Positions 8,083 to 18,631 of a stretch of DNA of 64,000 nucleotides are shown here, one piece after another (the first letter of the stretch is position 1; each line of letters starts with the position of its first letter). The translations under genes and the position numbers were made by a program. The DNA is from a virus (lineage: Duplodnaviria; Caudoviricetes). The notes under the pieces are model-generated. The model was not told where the DNA came from. It worked only from the letters and a program-made list of their open reading frames with translations, and made no database searches. The DNA lies in IMG/VR virus record IMGVR_UViG_3300028129_000010, positions 1 to 64,000 of that record; one strand, written 5' to 3'.

Positions 8083-9285
8083 TTAGTAGTCTATTTTAAC
8101 ATTAAATGCAACCATATCATCAAATGGTTTATAATACGTACCATTTAACTTAGCAATAGCTATTAAATCATTAGAATTATCGTAAAGACCTAACTCAGTA
8201 ATTCTAGGTATATCACCATTATTCCAAGTCTTATTTGTAGATACCCCGAACTCACCTCTCTTAGCTAAACAAGTAATAGATTGTGATACAACCGTTCTAC
8301 TATGGTCATAATTAATTGTTGTACCAGTAGATGTTGGGTCACCTATAACAAAATCATTAACTATTGTTGGTTCTGTTATAACTAGGAATCCTTTGTCTAA
8401 ATAAGCAATACCAACTGGTGTGTCAGCTGTAAGACTTAGGTTATCATTTGTTGTGAAATTATATCTTTCCTTACCATTAATACTAAATGGTTTGTTTGTT
8501 GCATATCCTGTACCCCAACTCTTAGTTGCATCGCCACCGTTAGGTCTAACAACACCGTCTGAGAATAATAATACTCTATTAGGACCAAAAATACTTATGT
8601 TACTTGATGTTTCTCTTATATCAGAATCTAATAAAGATGTTGCTCTAGTATTTCTTTCGTAAGTACTATAAACACTGAATGTAGATGCTGTAGTTTCTAA
8701 GTCTAATTTTATTGATTTACCATCAATAAGTTCAGAATACTCATTATCATCTATACCAATAACTAAAATTTTTGTTTGAGCTAAACCACTATATGCTGTA
8801 TCTTGTAAACCACCAATATTAAGCGTTTTACCAGTGAATAAATCAAAATCTGTAGATGTTATAGGTAAATCAAAAGAATGGAACAAGTTAGTTAACGTAT
8901 CTGAATTAACATCAGCTAAATCAACAATATTTTGTGTTATACTTCCACCACTATAATCCAAAGACTTGTAACCTAAATTACTGAATGATGTGGATATGGC
9001 GATTGAAGCTGGGTCAACTGATTTTAATGTAGATGATGGTGAAGCAACTACAAGACTTCTAAGAGAATAACCAACACCCCCATTATTAACATCTAAACCA
9101 TTATTGTCACCACCCATACTAGGTACTTGACCTATGGTTAGACCACTATAAGAACCATAATAAGCATCTGAGTCACCTAATGCAAAGTTCTTAATAAGTG
9201 TATTATCATTACTAACTAATTTTCTCCTACCTGTAGGAGTTAATTTAGCTTTAAGTTCTATTGTTGTTCCAGTTAAAAATCCCAT
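8083..9285 (-). CDS. Baseplate/tail-fibre attachment protein (DUF3751/P2 gpH-N-like termini)
   Basis: N-term LTPTGRRKL...FALGDSD; C-term ITELGLYDNSNDLIAIAKL. Confidence 0.6.
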   Translation of the reverse strand: MGFLTGTTIELKAKLTPTGRRKLVSNDNTLIKNFALGDSDAYYGSYSGLTIGQVPSMGGDNNGLDVNNGGVGYSLRSLVVASPSSTLKSVDPASIAISTSFSNLGYKSLDYSGGSITQNIVDLADVNSDTLTNLFHSFDLPITSTDFDLFTGKTLNIGGLQDTAYSGLAQTKILVIGIDDNEYSELIDGKSIKLDLETTASTFSVYSTYERNTRATSLLDSDIRETSSNISIFGPNRVLLFSDGVVRPNGGDATKSWGTGYATNKPFSINGKERYNFTTNDNLSLTADTPVGIAYLDKGFLVITEPTIVNDFVIGDPTSTGTTINYDHSRTVVSQSITCLAKRGEFGVSTNKTWNNGDIPRITELGLYDNSNDLIAIAKLNGTYYKPFDDMVAFNVKIDY

Positions 9286-9297
9286 AATTAAATTTTA

Positions 9298-11475
9298 TTA
9301 GAAATCCATCGCTAATTCAAGCATTATTGTTTTACCAGATTCTAAAGTAACTGGTTTACTTAATTTACCAATCATAATTAACGAACCAGTAGTATCATAA
9401 ATACCTATCTCACTAACTCTAATGTCTGGTTCATTTACAGATGAATTATCTCTAGTTGTGTTTCCAGTTCTTTTAAAATCATCACCGTCAATCTCTAAGT
9501 TAAATATAGTCTTATATATTGTAGCACCAATATATGTTTCTAAATTACCATAGAAGAATCTTTCATCACCAAACTGTAGTAAATCTGTATTGTTGTTTGG
9601 TGCCATGCTTAATGAATCTATAATACTGAATGTTGTTGAACCTGTAACAACGTTAGTGTCAATTAAGAAATCATTTGCAGTAGGGTTTTGATTTTCTAAT
9701 AACTTAGGGTCAATAGTTTCACCAGGGTTTGTAGTTATACCGCTAGTAGTGAAATCATAAACATTCCAACCATCAGATAATGGTCTTGTATTTATTCCAG
9801 ATACAATCTGATATAATAGTTTAAATTCTCTAGCAGAGAATCCCATTCCATCATAACCAGACTTCTCTTCTTTTCTCATGTAAGGTAATAAATCAATATC
9901 AGATAATCTAAATTGAATATCCTTAGAGTTAGAAGTGTTATTAGTTATCTTAGTATAATATTGACAAGGTAGTGTAGTTGTTAAACCAGTACCCGTACTA
10001 TTTTCAAAAGTATATGTTAAATACATTGTTTCATTAGAATCTAACACACCATTATTAGCACCATTGGATGAACTAACCATGTTAGCGGCAAGTGATGGTA
10101 GTGTCCAGTTTCTATTTGATTTATATGACATTGCAGCAACAATCTCATCATCATCGAATACAACAGTCTTTAATTGTGTAAATACCTTACCAACAACTCT
10201 AGGTGTATCACTAACCATTGTTGGGTCTTCAATAAGGTCAACATATTTAATTTCAGAATCAGTAATTAATTTAGTTGTACCTGTAGCTATGAATGTCATA
10301 CCCATTGTTGTACCACTCTCAGTCGAGTAGTCTCTTCTATGGTACATAAGGTCTGGTAAATGTAATTTAAGTGATTTATTATTATCACCATCAATAAAGA
10401 AATACTCACCATAATAATTTGATATTGTGTTATTTGTATAATGTAAAATCGATATTGATTTTTTAACATTATCAATTACTGATTCACCAGGCGTAGCACA
10501 AATGTCAGTATCATTCTCTGTATCACCAGAACAACCATAACTAAAGTATGGATACTTTTGACCAGCATACTCATTTGAACCAAACTTCTCATATGATTCA
10601 TTAGGTGTTGCTACCGTATTATTAATACTAGTACCAGTCATACCAGCTAAGTTTTCACACCAAACATTATTCATGTTCCAAACAGGAACATCTGAACATG
10701 AAATATCACAACAAGATGAGAAATCTAAAACGTTAGAATTCCAATATGGTGTTGTGTTTTCAGAACCAAACCCATTATATACTTCATTACTAGTGTAAAC
10801 AATATATTCTGTTGTTGCTGTTGTTGAATTGACATTTGGTAATTCTCTATCAAGGGTTAATGTATCACCAGGTGAAACTGTTGTACCACTTGATTGAATC
10901 TTATACCATAAGTGTGGTGTTGGTGTGGTGTTCCCGTTAACAACTTGACTACCAACTGTGTCGTTACCAATCTTTAATAAGATATAATCACCGACATTAT
11001 ATGTTGCACCGCTATCAATAACTAGAGTAGTACCACCAGTAATACTTGAACCACTGATAGTTCCAAAATATTTTGTGTAGTCATCACCTGTTTTAGTTGT
11101 AAAAGTTGTGTGAGTTGAGTTTGGTGTAAAGAATCCTCTTTCAGTTGCTTCATTATTAACAATAGCTTTAATAGTTCTTATTTGGTTGGCGTTTAAGTTA
11201 TTAAGATTGTCATTGTTATTACTATTTGCAGTAACAAAATGTCTAATATCTGGTTGTTGGTCGACAGGTCTAAGTATTTTAGAAGTACCACTTAATGGTC
11301 CACCATAAGTTATTGATGATGATAAATCAAAATTACCTTCTCTATCGTAGTTAATTTCAGAATCACCAATTGCCCAAGAACTAAAATTTAATTGCCCTTG
11401 CGCTAATTTTTGCCTACCAACCTCTGTTAATTTTATATTAACGAAAGCACTTGTATTGTTTATAATGTAACTCAT
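9298..11475 (-). CDS. Baseplate/tail-fibre attachment protein, paralog of 8083..9285
   Basis: N-term LTEVGRQKL...WAIGDSE; C-term VSEIGIYDTTGSLIMIGKL. Confidence 0.6.
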   Translation of the reverse strand: MSYIINNTSAFVNIKLTEVGRQKLAQGQLNFSSWAIGDSEINYDREGNFDLSSSITYGGPLSGTSKILRPVDQQPDIRHFVTANSNNNDNLNNLNANQIRTIKAIVNNEATERGFFTPNSTHTTFTTKTGDDYTKYFGTISGSSITGGTTLVIDSGATYNVGDYILLKIGNDTVGSQVVNGNTTPTPHLWYKIQSSGTTVSPGDTLTLDRELPNVNSTTATTEYIVYTSNEVYNGFGSENTTPYWNSNVLDFSSCCDISCSDVPVWNMNNVWCENLAGMTGTSINNTVATPNESYEKFGSNEYAGQKYPYFSYGCSGDTENDTDICATPGESVIDNVKKSISILHYTNNTISNYYGEYFFIDGDNNKSLKLHLPDLMYHRRDYSTESGTTMGMTFIATGTTKLITDSEIKYVDLIEDPTMVSDTPRVVGKVFTQLKTVVFDDDEIVAAMSYKSNRNWTLPSLAANMVSSSNGANNGVLDSNETMYLTYTFENSTGTGLTTTLPCQYYTKITNNTSNSKDIQFRLSDIDLLPYMRKEEKSGYDGMGFSAREFKLLYQIVSGINTRPLSDGWNVYDFTTSGITTNPGETIDPKLLENQNPTANDFLIDTNVVTGSTTFSIIDSLSMAPNNNTDLLQFGDERFFYGNLETYIGATIYKTIFNLEIDGDDFKRTGNTTRDNSSVNEPDIRVSEIGIYDTTGSLIMIGKLSKPVTLESGKTIMLELAMDF

Positions 11476-11532
11476 ATCTTATAAATATTCTCTTTTACCT
11501 TATTTTAATAATAAATACTAAAAAATAAACAT

Positions 11533-14265
11533 TTAGTACGAATTATATGCATTTGTTTGTATTGTTATTTCATTAACTTCACTATAAGCTGTAGTAATTA
11601 TAGGATTACCACATAAATCTATATAACGTTTTTTATTTTTAACTCTATAGTATTGAGTATCACCAACAGAACCAGATAAAGGAATTGTTGCTGAATATCC
11701 AACTTGGTTTATTGTATAGTCTACATCAGTACTACTTAATATAGTTCCAAAATTATCACTATCACTAATCTCAACACTAAACAAACCTTCAGTTGTTTGT
11801 GGTGGTATTACTATTGACCAGTTAACACCAAACGATGTTGTAAATACATCACCAACTAGTGAACCGTTTGAATTATAGAATACATTAATTATATCACCTA
11901 GAACTAACCCACCTTGGAATATAATTCTCTTAGGATTACTAGTTGATAAGTAGTAATCTATATTGTTTGCTAACGTAATACCATTTAATGTTACAATAAC
12001 ATCATTTCCTGGTACTACAGTATATGTTGTATAGAATTCATACCTACCAGTTGTTGTATTAAAGTAAACTGTTTCACTACCTTGGTTATTTGTAGTACCA
12101 CTTGTTATTGCTGAGTCTATGCTGTACCCATCGAACCTAATACCATTTTTTTCTTGGTTATTAACCAAAGCGTATGTTAACACATCACCATCATAAGTAT
12201 CACCACTAAGTGTTAATACAGCAACAGTTTGAGCAGCACCTGTTATTGGTGCTATAGTTTGTATCGAATAGTCTTCATTTTGAGAAAGTGTTAAACCATT
12301 TAATGATACAATATAACCACTATTAGCTAATGGCACATCATATTGATTAGTAGTACCATCAAGTATAAGACTATTAACTATTAACGAACCTATTTCTCTA
12401 TCACCACTATCAACTTCACCTAACAATGGTGTTTCAGCTTTTGTGAAACTTACAAGGTGAAAGTCCTTATACGGTTGGTACATTAAGTATTCAGTACCAC
12501 TCTTTATAGGTGGACTAACTTTTCTATCACCATTTAAATTGGCAAACTGAGTACAAACATCGTGTATATAATAACCCTTAACTAAATAGTCACCATCTAA
12601 ATCTAATGAACTAACTGGTACTGTAGTTGTGAAAGCACTAGTCCCACTAAAGTTAGACCAATAGAATTCTTCAGACCTGTATGATGGGTTACTAAAAAAG
12701 TAACCAACGGTTTTATTAAATTTATATATATCAAACTTAAATGTCGTATTACCTGTAAGACTATTTGTGTTTGCTGTAAATGTGAAGTCTAATGGTATAG
12801 TTGTTTGACCAGTTATTACGTGAACATTCGTATCACCACTAGTTAAACCGTTAAAATCTAAATCACAAACTATTTCTGTGTTACCACTACATGTTCCAGT
12901 AAATACACAAACCGTGTCTGTATAATTTAACTGAGTACATGTATATCCAGTACCACAAACATCTAAAGAGTAACCAGCTGGACATGAATATCCAGAAGAT
13001 TCACCTAAATCTAATACCTGTATTCCAGTAGTACCACTAACCACATCACTCCTATAATCAGCTGTGGTAAATATTGTTACAGCACTCAACTGAGATTCGG
13101 TTGTCATACTAGTAAGACTAGAAATACCAACATTATATATTTCAGCACCAAATGACGCATAACTACCATTATTTTTACCTTCCATCTCAATGATGTGTTT
13201 ACCAGATGTTAATTGGACTTCAAATACCCTCCAATAACTAAGTGATTCTGTACCACCAGCAGCATTTTCAGATGTAAAAAACGTCTCTCCATCGAGTCTA
13301 AATCTAGCCCAATTATCGGCAGAAAGACCTATAGAATAAGTTCCACTTGTGTTTATATCAATACAAGCTGAAAATCCTATCCATTCTAAGTTTGGTTGTC
13401 CTATACCAGGTTCTGTTGTCCATATACCACAATTATTAAGTCTACCATAAAGAGTACTACCATTTGCATCCCATAATTGATTTGTTGAGGAAGCATTAGG
13501 TGATATTGCTGTACCACCACTTGTTCTAAGTGTTGTTGAAGTACCTGTAAGAATATACGGTATTTCACCTGTAAGATTAGTACTAAAAAAATGGGTACCA
13601 TTATTGGCATAACCAGCATTAAGGTTACCAGTAGTCGCTGTATAAATTGTACCATTAAGTGTTGCGGCAGTTGTTGTTGTAAAAACACAACTATCGTCTT
13701 CTGGTGTTGGGGTGTATCCGACTGGGCATGAGCAGAATGTCTCACCTATAGTACTACCAGTTACTGGACAGTTATTATCATAATTAATTTCAGTTACAAT
13801 ACTTAAATTAAAGTTTTTAAAATCTTTTTGATTTAATGTATATTGAGTACCGTTAATTGAATAGTCATATCCTAAACTATCAAATGCTGTTACAACAGAA
13901 CCAGTAAAACTACTTTCAGTTGCGGCATCACCTATATTTGATGAAGTATAAAATATATTAGAATAAACTAATTCACTATCTTCATATATATTTGTACTCC
14001 ATTCTATGTTATTAAAACATGTACCACTTAACTCATTAGATATGAAACAATCTGTAGTCGCTGTTAATACATTATTGTATGAAACACCACTTAAGTCACA
14101 TGTTAGTTCAATACAGTCTATCTTACTACCACCAGTCATGGTAAATAAAGGGATATCGAATGTGCAGATATCTGAACTAGTGTTAGGTAATGCTATTGTA
14201 TGATTCCTAACATTATTTGTGTTTTGATTATATATTCTATCTTGATATCTCATCTTATATAACAT
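11533..14265 (-). CDS. Thr/Ser/Gly-rich virion fibre protein with PA14-like domain
   Basis: SGTYSIGLSADNWARFRLDG...VQLTSGKHIIEME (PA14-like); VSLNGLTL/VTLNGITL..DY repeats; Fn3-like end YYRVK. Confidence 0.6.
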   Translation of the reverse strand: MLYKMRYQDRIYNQNTNNVRNHTIALPNTSSDICTFDIPLFTMTGGSKIDCIELTCDLSGVSYNNVLTATTDCFISNELSGTCFNNIEWSTNIYEDSELVYSNIFYTSSNIGDAATESSFTGSVVTAFDSLGYDYSINGTQYTLNQKDFKNFNLSIVTEINYDNNCPVTGSTIGETFCSCPVGYTPTPEDDSCVFTTTTAATLNGTIYTATTGNLNAGYANNGTHFFSTNLTGEIPYILTGTSTTLRTSGGTAISPNASSTNQLWDANGSTLYGRLNNCGIWTTEPGIGQPNLEWIGFSACIDINTSGTYSIGLSADNWARFRLDGETFFTSENAAGGTESLSYWRVFEVQLTSGKHIIEMEGKNNGSYASFGAEIYNVGISSLTSMTTESQLSAVTIFTTADYRSDVVSGTTGIQVLDLGESSGYSCPAGYSLDVCGTGYTCTQLNYTDTVCVFTGTCSGNTEIVCDLDFNGLTSGDTNVHVITGQTTIPLDFTFTANTNSLTGNTTFKFDIYKFNKTVGYFFSNPSYRSEEFYWSNFSGTSAFTTTVPVSSLDLDGDYLVKGYYIHDVCTQFANLNGDRKVSPPIKSGTEYLMYQPYKDFHLVSFTKAETPLLGEVDSGDREIGSLIVNSLILDGTTNQYDVPLANSGYIVSLNGLTLSQNEDYSIQTIAPITGAAQTVAVLTLSGDTYDGDVLTYALVNNQEKNGIRFDGYSIDSAITSGTTNNQGSETVYFNTTTGRYEFYTTYTVVPGNDVIVTLNGITLANNIDYYLSTSNPKRIIFQGGLVLGDIINVFYNSNGSLVGDVFTTSFGVNWSIVIPPQTTEGLFSVEISDSDNFGTILSSTDVDYTINQVGYSATIPLSGSVGDTQYYRVKNKKRYIDLCGNPIITTAYSEVNEITIQTNAYNSY

Positions 14266-14779
14266 TTAATTGTAGTGTGCTAGTACTGAAACAACCTGGA
14301 CTAGTTATTACTTTAACATATATTAGTGCAGTTGCACTCACATATGATGATGTAGTTAAAATAGGTATTGTTAATGTAATATCTTCATACCATTCAAAAG
14401 TAGCTGTTGTATAATCAAATGGGGCAACACTAGATTCAGTTGAGTCTAGGTCAAAAGTAGACAAACCTCCACCCTCATCAGCATTATCATATACTCCATT
14501 AAATATTGTTGGTGGTGTGCATGGTATTACTGAACTAGCTTCTGATACTTCTACAACTTTAAACTCACTATCTCTATTATAACTAAGACCAAAATCTCTA
14601 GTCTTATTTAAATCTTCACTAGCAATAACCTTCATTAAGTTTTGTATATATGCCTCGTAACAACCAACTTCAAACCAATCACCATAACCAAAAGAACCCT
14701 TAACTAGTTTAAACATACTAGTAGTGTCTTTTAAGTTATCAATTATATTTGCATTTATATTTTGTATTAAAACTGGCAT
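14255..14779 (-). CDS. Hypothetical structural protein
   Basis: 174-aa ORF in structural cluster, TATTTAT motif upstream. Confidence 0.55.
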   Translation of the reverse strand: MPVLIQNINANIIDNLKDTTSMFKLVKGSFGYGDWFEVGCYEAYIQNLMKVIASEDLNKTRDFGLSYNRDSEFKVVEVSEASSVIPCTPPTIFNGVYDNADEGGGLSTFDLDSTESSVAPFDYTTATFEWYEDITLTIPILTTSSYVSATALIYVKVITSPGCFSTSTLQLNVI

Positions 14780-14791
14780 ACCTATAAATAT

Positions 14792-15859
14792 TTAAAGTCT
14801 AGAATAAAATGAAGACTCACCGTCATTATTAATTATATCTATTGTACCTAAAAATTCTGGTGAACAAGTGTGTTGCATTTCCCATACACCAGTAACTTCT
14901 CTAGTTTCTCTATTACAATCAAATGTTTCCGTACCTCCAGTAGCGTTTGGTAGTGTTTCAAGTATAACACTAACCGAGTTGTCAGTAGACACCGCACTGA
15001 AAGGAAAATCGTTTGATGGGTCTTTCGCCCAATAAATATTATTGTGTCTATATTTATACTTCTGAGTATCAAATACAGTGTTTCTATATTCGTAAGTCGA
15101 TTCCCATATTGTAGTTGCTGGAATAACTTGCTCTATTAAATCAACCCAATAATTATTTACATTTAAACCAAAGCTATCCATATCAAAATAATCATATTGA
15201 CTACTTTGATAAACTGAGAAATCTAATGCGTTGTATCTATATCTCTCATAAAGCATTTTAAGTGTCGGGTAAGCACTTATAGTTTGTCTATTCTTAACAT
15301 CTATTAATTCACTACTAATAGTGTTTGTAAATTCTTCAACAGAATCAACTTCAACTAAATCAGTAGTTAATTTACCACTAAGGTCTATACAGTCATCACC
15401 ACATTGTGGTAATGGACAACAAGCTATGCCCCAATAATCCCTTTTCCATTGTTCTGGGTATGACCAATATGTTGTAATTTCTTGACCGCTGAAATAATAA
15501 AATATTTCATTAGTGGCACACATCACTTCATTTATTAGTTGGGTGTAGTTATCATATATTTGAGGTGTTAACTCATCCATTCTGTATTGGTTAGCTAAAT
15601 CCCAAAAGTTGGTATATCTGACATCTGTTGTCATTCCACTAATTGTTTGCCATGCTGTAGTGTAACCAGTACAACCACTAAGACCAGGTTCAGCTGATAA
15701 TGCCAATCTAAGTTCATTCATAGCCTTAACAAAAGCATCTTTAGTAGCTCTAGCGGTTGTTTGAAGGTCACTCCAATCACCAATAAGTCTATAATCTTGG
15801 TTATCGCAACCAATAACATCGCTAACTGTATAATCACATAAATCAAAAAATAGTATCAT
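14792..15859 (-). CDS. Putative baseplate-associated structural protein
   Basis: 355-aa ORF; WVDLIEQVIPATTIW...YRNTVFDTQKYKY motif; cluster context. Confidence 0.55.
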   Translation of the reverse strand: MILFFDLCDYTVSDVIGCDNQDYRLIGDWSDLQTTARATKDAFVKAMNELRLALSAEPGLSGCTGYTTAWQTISGMTTDVRYTNFWDLANQYRMDELTPQIYDNYTQLINEVMCATNEIFYYFSGQEITTYWSYPEQWKRDYWGIACCPLPQCGDDCIDLSGKLTTDLVEVDSVEEFTNTISSELIDVKNRQTISAYPTLKMLYERYRYNALDFSVYQSSQYDYFDMDSFGLNVNNYWVDLIEQVIPATTIWESTYEYRNTVFDTQKYKYRHNNIYWAKDPSNDFPFSAVSTDNSVSVILETLPNATGGTETFDCNRETREVTGVWEMQHTCSPEFLGTIDIINNDGESSFYSRL

Positions 15860-15871
15860 ATTGTATCTTGT

Positions 15872-17962
15872 TTATTCACCATCACCTATTATGTATTTTT
15901 TTACCTGGAAATCTGGTATATATTTATTTGCAAATAAGAATGGTTTAATTGCTAGTATAGCTTCATTATAGGTTTTAAGTCTAGCATCCCTCCTAGCCCT
16001 TCTTGTTATTTGCAAATCTTCTATAAGGTTTGCAATGTCATTCGTACCATCACTTGTGTCTTCCCAATCATTTGTTAATGGGTTCCAGAAATAATATGTT
16101 GCGGCTGAATATGGTTCAACACCTCTTATATCACCTGGATTACCAGTTATACCTGTAAGTGTTGTTAGACTATCAACTACTGGTTGATATGTTACATCAC
16201 TGCCACTAAACACAACATTTAAAGAATTACCACTAGGGCTAACTGTGTAATATTCAGTATATGCTGATGCATGATACCAATAAACCATTGGTATATTCTT
16301 AATGTCAGCTATACTGTAACCACCTAATACAGATGTATCTTGTTGCAGACCACTAATACTAGTTACTGGGTATTCTGGATTCTGAGCGTCACTCCAACCT
16401 ATAGACTTAATAAGATTATACTCGTTTAAATCTTTTGCATAACTATCTCTATTAGCCCTGTACAAAATAGATTCATCTTCATCACAACCATATAAATAGA
16501 ATGGGTTGTATAATGATGTTGTATCACATGCACCAAACGTTTCAAAAATATCCTTAGTCCATATACCAGAATAATCTGTCATTGTATCATGTGGTAATGG
16601 GTAATCTACTATATTTTTAACAACATCACATGTTGCTGAATAAGAACATTCAACTGGATGTGAATAATACTCATCACTAGTTATACCTGTTGTTGTACCA
16701 GTAGTTGCACTACAAGTAAGTATGTTATTATCTTGCATATAACACCAAATATCTTGTTCAACAGCTCTAGCTGGTGAAAGATTTAAATCAACTTCCTTAG
16801 TGTTAATAACTAATTTATGATGATTAACATCGTATTCTGCTGGTCTATATTTTAAATCATAGAACCTTTCATCCTTTGTATCTAAAGCTACCCATGATTT
16901 CTTATTATCAATAATCTTGGTTACTTCAAACTTAGGTGGTTCTGAAATAAATGTTTCAACATTATTAACAGTCTCACATCTCTTATTTAATTTAACTCTA
17001 TCTAATAGTATTTGGAAATCAGTACATGTATTATTAACATAGAAAGCCATGTTGATATCCTGATTAATAATCTGATTAATCGTTTCTTGGTCACATATTG
17101 TTTTCTCAAACTTTAACCAACAAGAATCCCACCAACCACTAATTAGACTTTCTAGATTAGGTATATCTCTTTCTTCTTCTGGAACTATATCGTATATTTC
17201 GTTAGCTAAAAGTTTTAACAAATATTTGTTACAAGCGGTTTTTTCGTTAGTTTGTTCATCACAAAGGGTGTTTAATGTTGTATTTTGGTCACCTATTATA
17301 ATACCTGTGGCACCACTACTGGATTTAATATATTCCCATAAGTTACCCTCACCAATATTAAATATATTTTCTTGGTATACTGGTTGACTATCAACTTCAA
17401 TAGCAAAAGAAATGCTGAAATTCTCAAACAAGTCAACATACGATGTACAAGAAGCTTCATTTGTGATTGTAGTTGTTTGACTTTCTAGAAATTCTATTTC
17501 TTCAGTTATTTCTTCATTTTCTCTTTCTAATTCTTTAATTACTTTTTTATAATATTCTATTTGTTCTTCAGCTTCACTTCTAGAGTATATAGTATACTCA
17601 CAATCTGTTGTATATAATTCTTCATTTATTGTTGCTTGAATCCCTTCTAATTCAGTTATCTCAGAGCAACCGTATAATGTTGTGTTTGAACCGTGTGCGT
17701 TAAACCAAGTTTGATACGTTGATGACCCTAACACCTCTTCCCAATAAACAAGACCTCCATCTGTTAAACATAGTTTCTTGTTTATTGATTCTCCAGTTCC
17801 AGGGTCTATTGTACCATCTATTGGGTCATCTATTGGGACTCTCCCACCACAACAGTAAATACTATCGTGTATATCTATGACTCTACCTGGGTATTCTGAA
17901 ACTCCATAACAAACATCACCTTGTGTTTTACACCCTCTATTTGGTTCTACATCTTTAGCCAT
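15872..17962 (-). CDS. Putative baseplate-associated structural protein
   Basis: 696-aa ORF, Cys/Thr-rich with a short coiled coil; cluster context. Confidence 0.55.
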   Translation of the reverse strand: MAKDVEPNRGCKTQGDVCYGVSEYPGRVIDIHDSIYCCGGRVPIDDPIDGTIDPGTGESINKKLCLTDGGLVYWEEVLGSSTYQTWFNAHGSNTTLYGCSEITELEGIQATINEELYTTDCEYTIYSRSEAEEQIEYYKKVIKELERENEEITEEIEFLESQTTTITNEASCTSYVDLFENFSISFAIEVDSQPVYQENIFNIGEGNLWEYIKSSSGATGIIIGDQNTTLNTLCDEQTNEKTACNKYLLKLLANEIYDIVPEEERDIPNLESLISGWWDSCWLKFEKTICDQETINQIINQDINMAFYVNNTCTDFQILLDRVKLNKRCETVNNVETFISEPPKFEVTKIIDNKKSWVALDTKDERFYDLKYRPAEYDVNHHKLVINTKEVDLNLSPARAVEQDIWCYMQDNNILTCSATTGTTTGITSDEYYSHPVECSYSATCDVVKNIVDYPLPHDTMTDYSGIWTKDIFETFGACDTTSLYNPFYLYGCDEDESILYRANRDSYAKDLNEYNLIKSIGWSDAQNPEYPVTSISGLQQDTSVLGGYSIADIKNIPMVYWYHASAYTEYYTVSPSGNSLNVVFSGSDVTYQPVVDSLTTLTGITGNPGDIRGVEPYSAATYYFWNPLTNDWEDTSDGTNDIANLIEDLQITRRARRDARLKTYNEAILAIKPFLFANKYIPDFQVKKYIIGDGE

Positions 17963-17967
17963 AATTA

Positions 17968-18579
17968 TTAACTGATACCATCATTGTTATATGCACTTTT
18001 AATTTTAACACCATCATACAGTTGAACGCCTTCACCAAAACTGTCAATATTAGAGGAGCTTTCGTTACATTCAACAACATACGGTGTTTTTTCTAATTCT
18101 TCTATTAATTCTTTATACCTAGCAATAATTTTTTGATTTTCTTTAAGTTTTTCTGTTAATTTAGTCACTTGTTCTTCATTAACATTTGATACTGTTGTAG
18201 TTGTTTCACTTGTTGCTTCAAGTAAATCGGCACAATCAAACTTAAACATATAATCAAATGATACATCTAAACAACATGTTTGGTTTTCATCAATATTAAA
18301 TAAAGTACCATGGTTACCTTCTGGGTTTAATATGATTTTAAAATCATTTTTACCTTCACTTTCTGTTTTCCATAAACATTTTTGATTAACTATATCAAAA
18401 TTGTAACCTAAAGCTTCACAACAAGGTTTAGTGTTGATTCTATATGTCATATTCCTATTTTCATAATCAAATAGAAAAACAGAGCCACTAGTATCTTCAA
18501 CTAGTGTTAACTTGTTACTTACTATACTTTTTCGTGTTAAACAACTGGTCCTATAATCTTTTAAATCAAACTTAAACAT
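17968..18579 (-). CDS. Hypothetical structural protein
   Basis: 203-aa ORF with CCEALGY..CLW motif and coiled coil. Confidence 0.5.
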   Translation of the reverse strand: MFKFDLKDYRTSCLTRKSIVSNKLTLVEDTSGSVFLFDYENRNMTYRINTKPCCEALGYNFDIVNQKCLWKTESEGKNDFKIILNPEGNHGTLFNIDENQTCCLDVSFDYMFKFDCADLLEATSETTTTVSNVNEEQVTKLTEKLKENQKIIARYKELIEELEKTPYVVECNESSSNIDSFGEGVQLYDGVKIKSAYNNDGIS

Positions 18580-18631
18580 TTCTTTTATATAATTATCTTT
18601 TAATATACTTTATTTTGTCATTTAGTAAATC

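Noticed and set aside
9286-15871. Stop-codon reassignment or read-through at in-frame junctions with 12-nt spacers (9298/9285, 14792/14779, 15872/15859; also 592/579)
   Set aside because: All are TAA, the dominant stop here; long ORFs read cleanly in code 11 and each downstream gene has a normal ATG. One in three junctions is in frame by chance.
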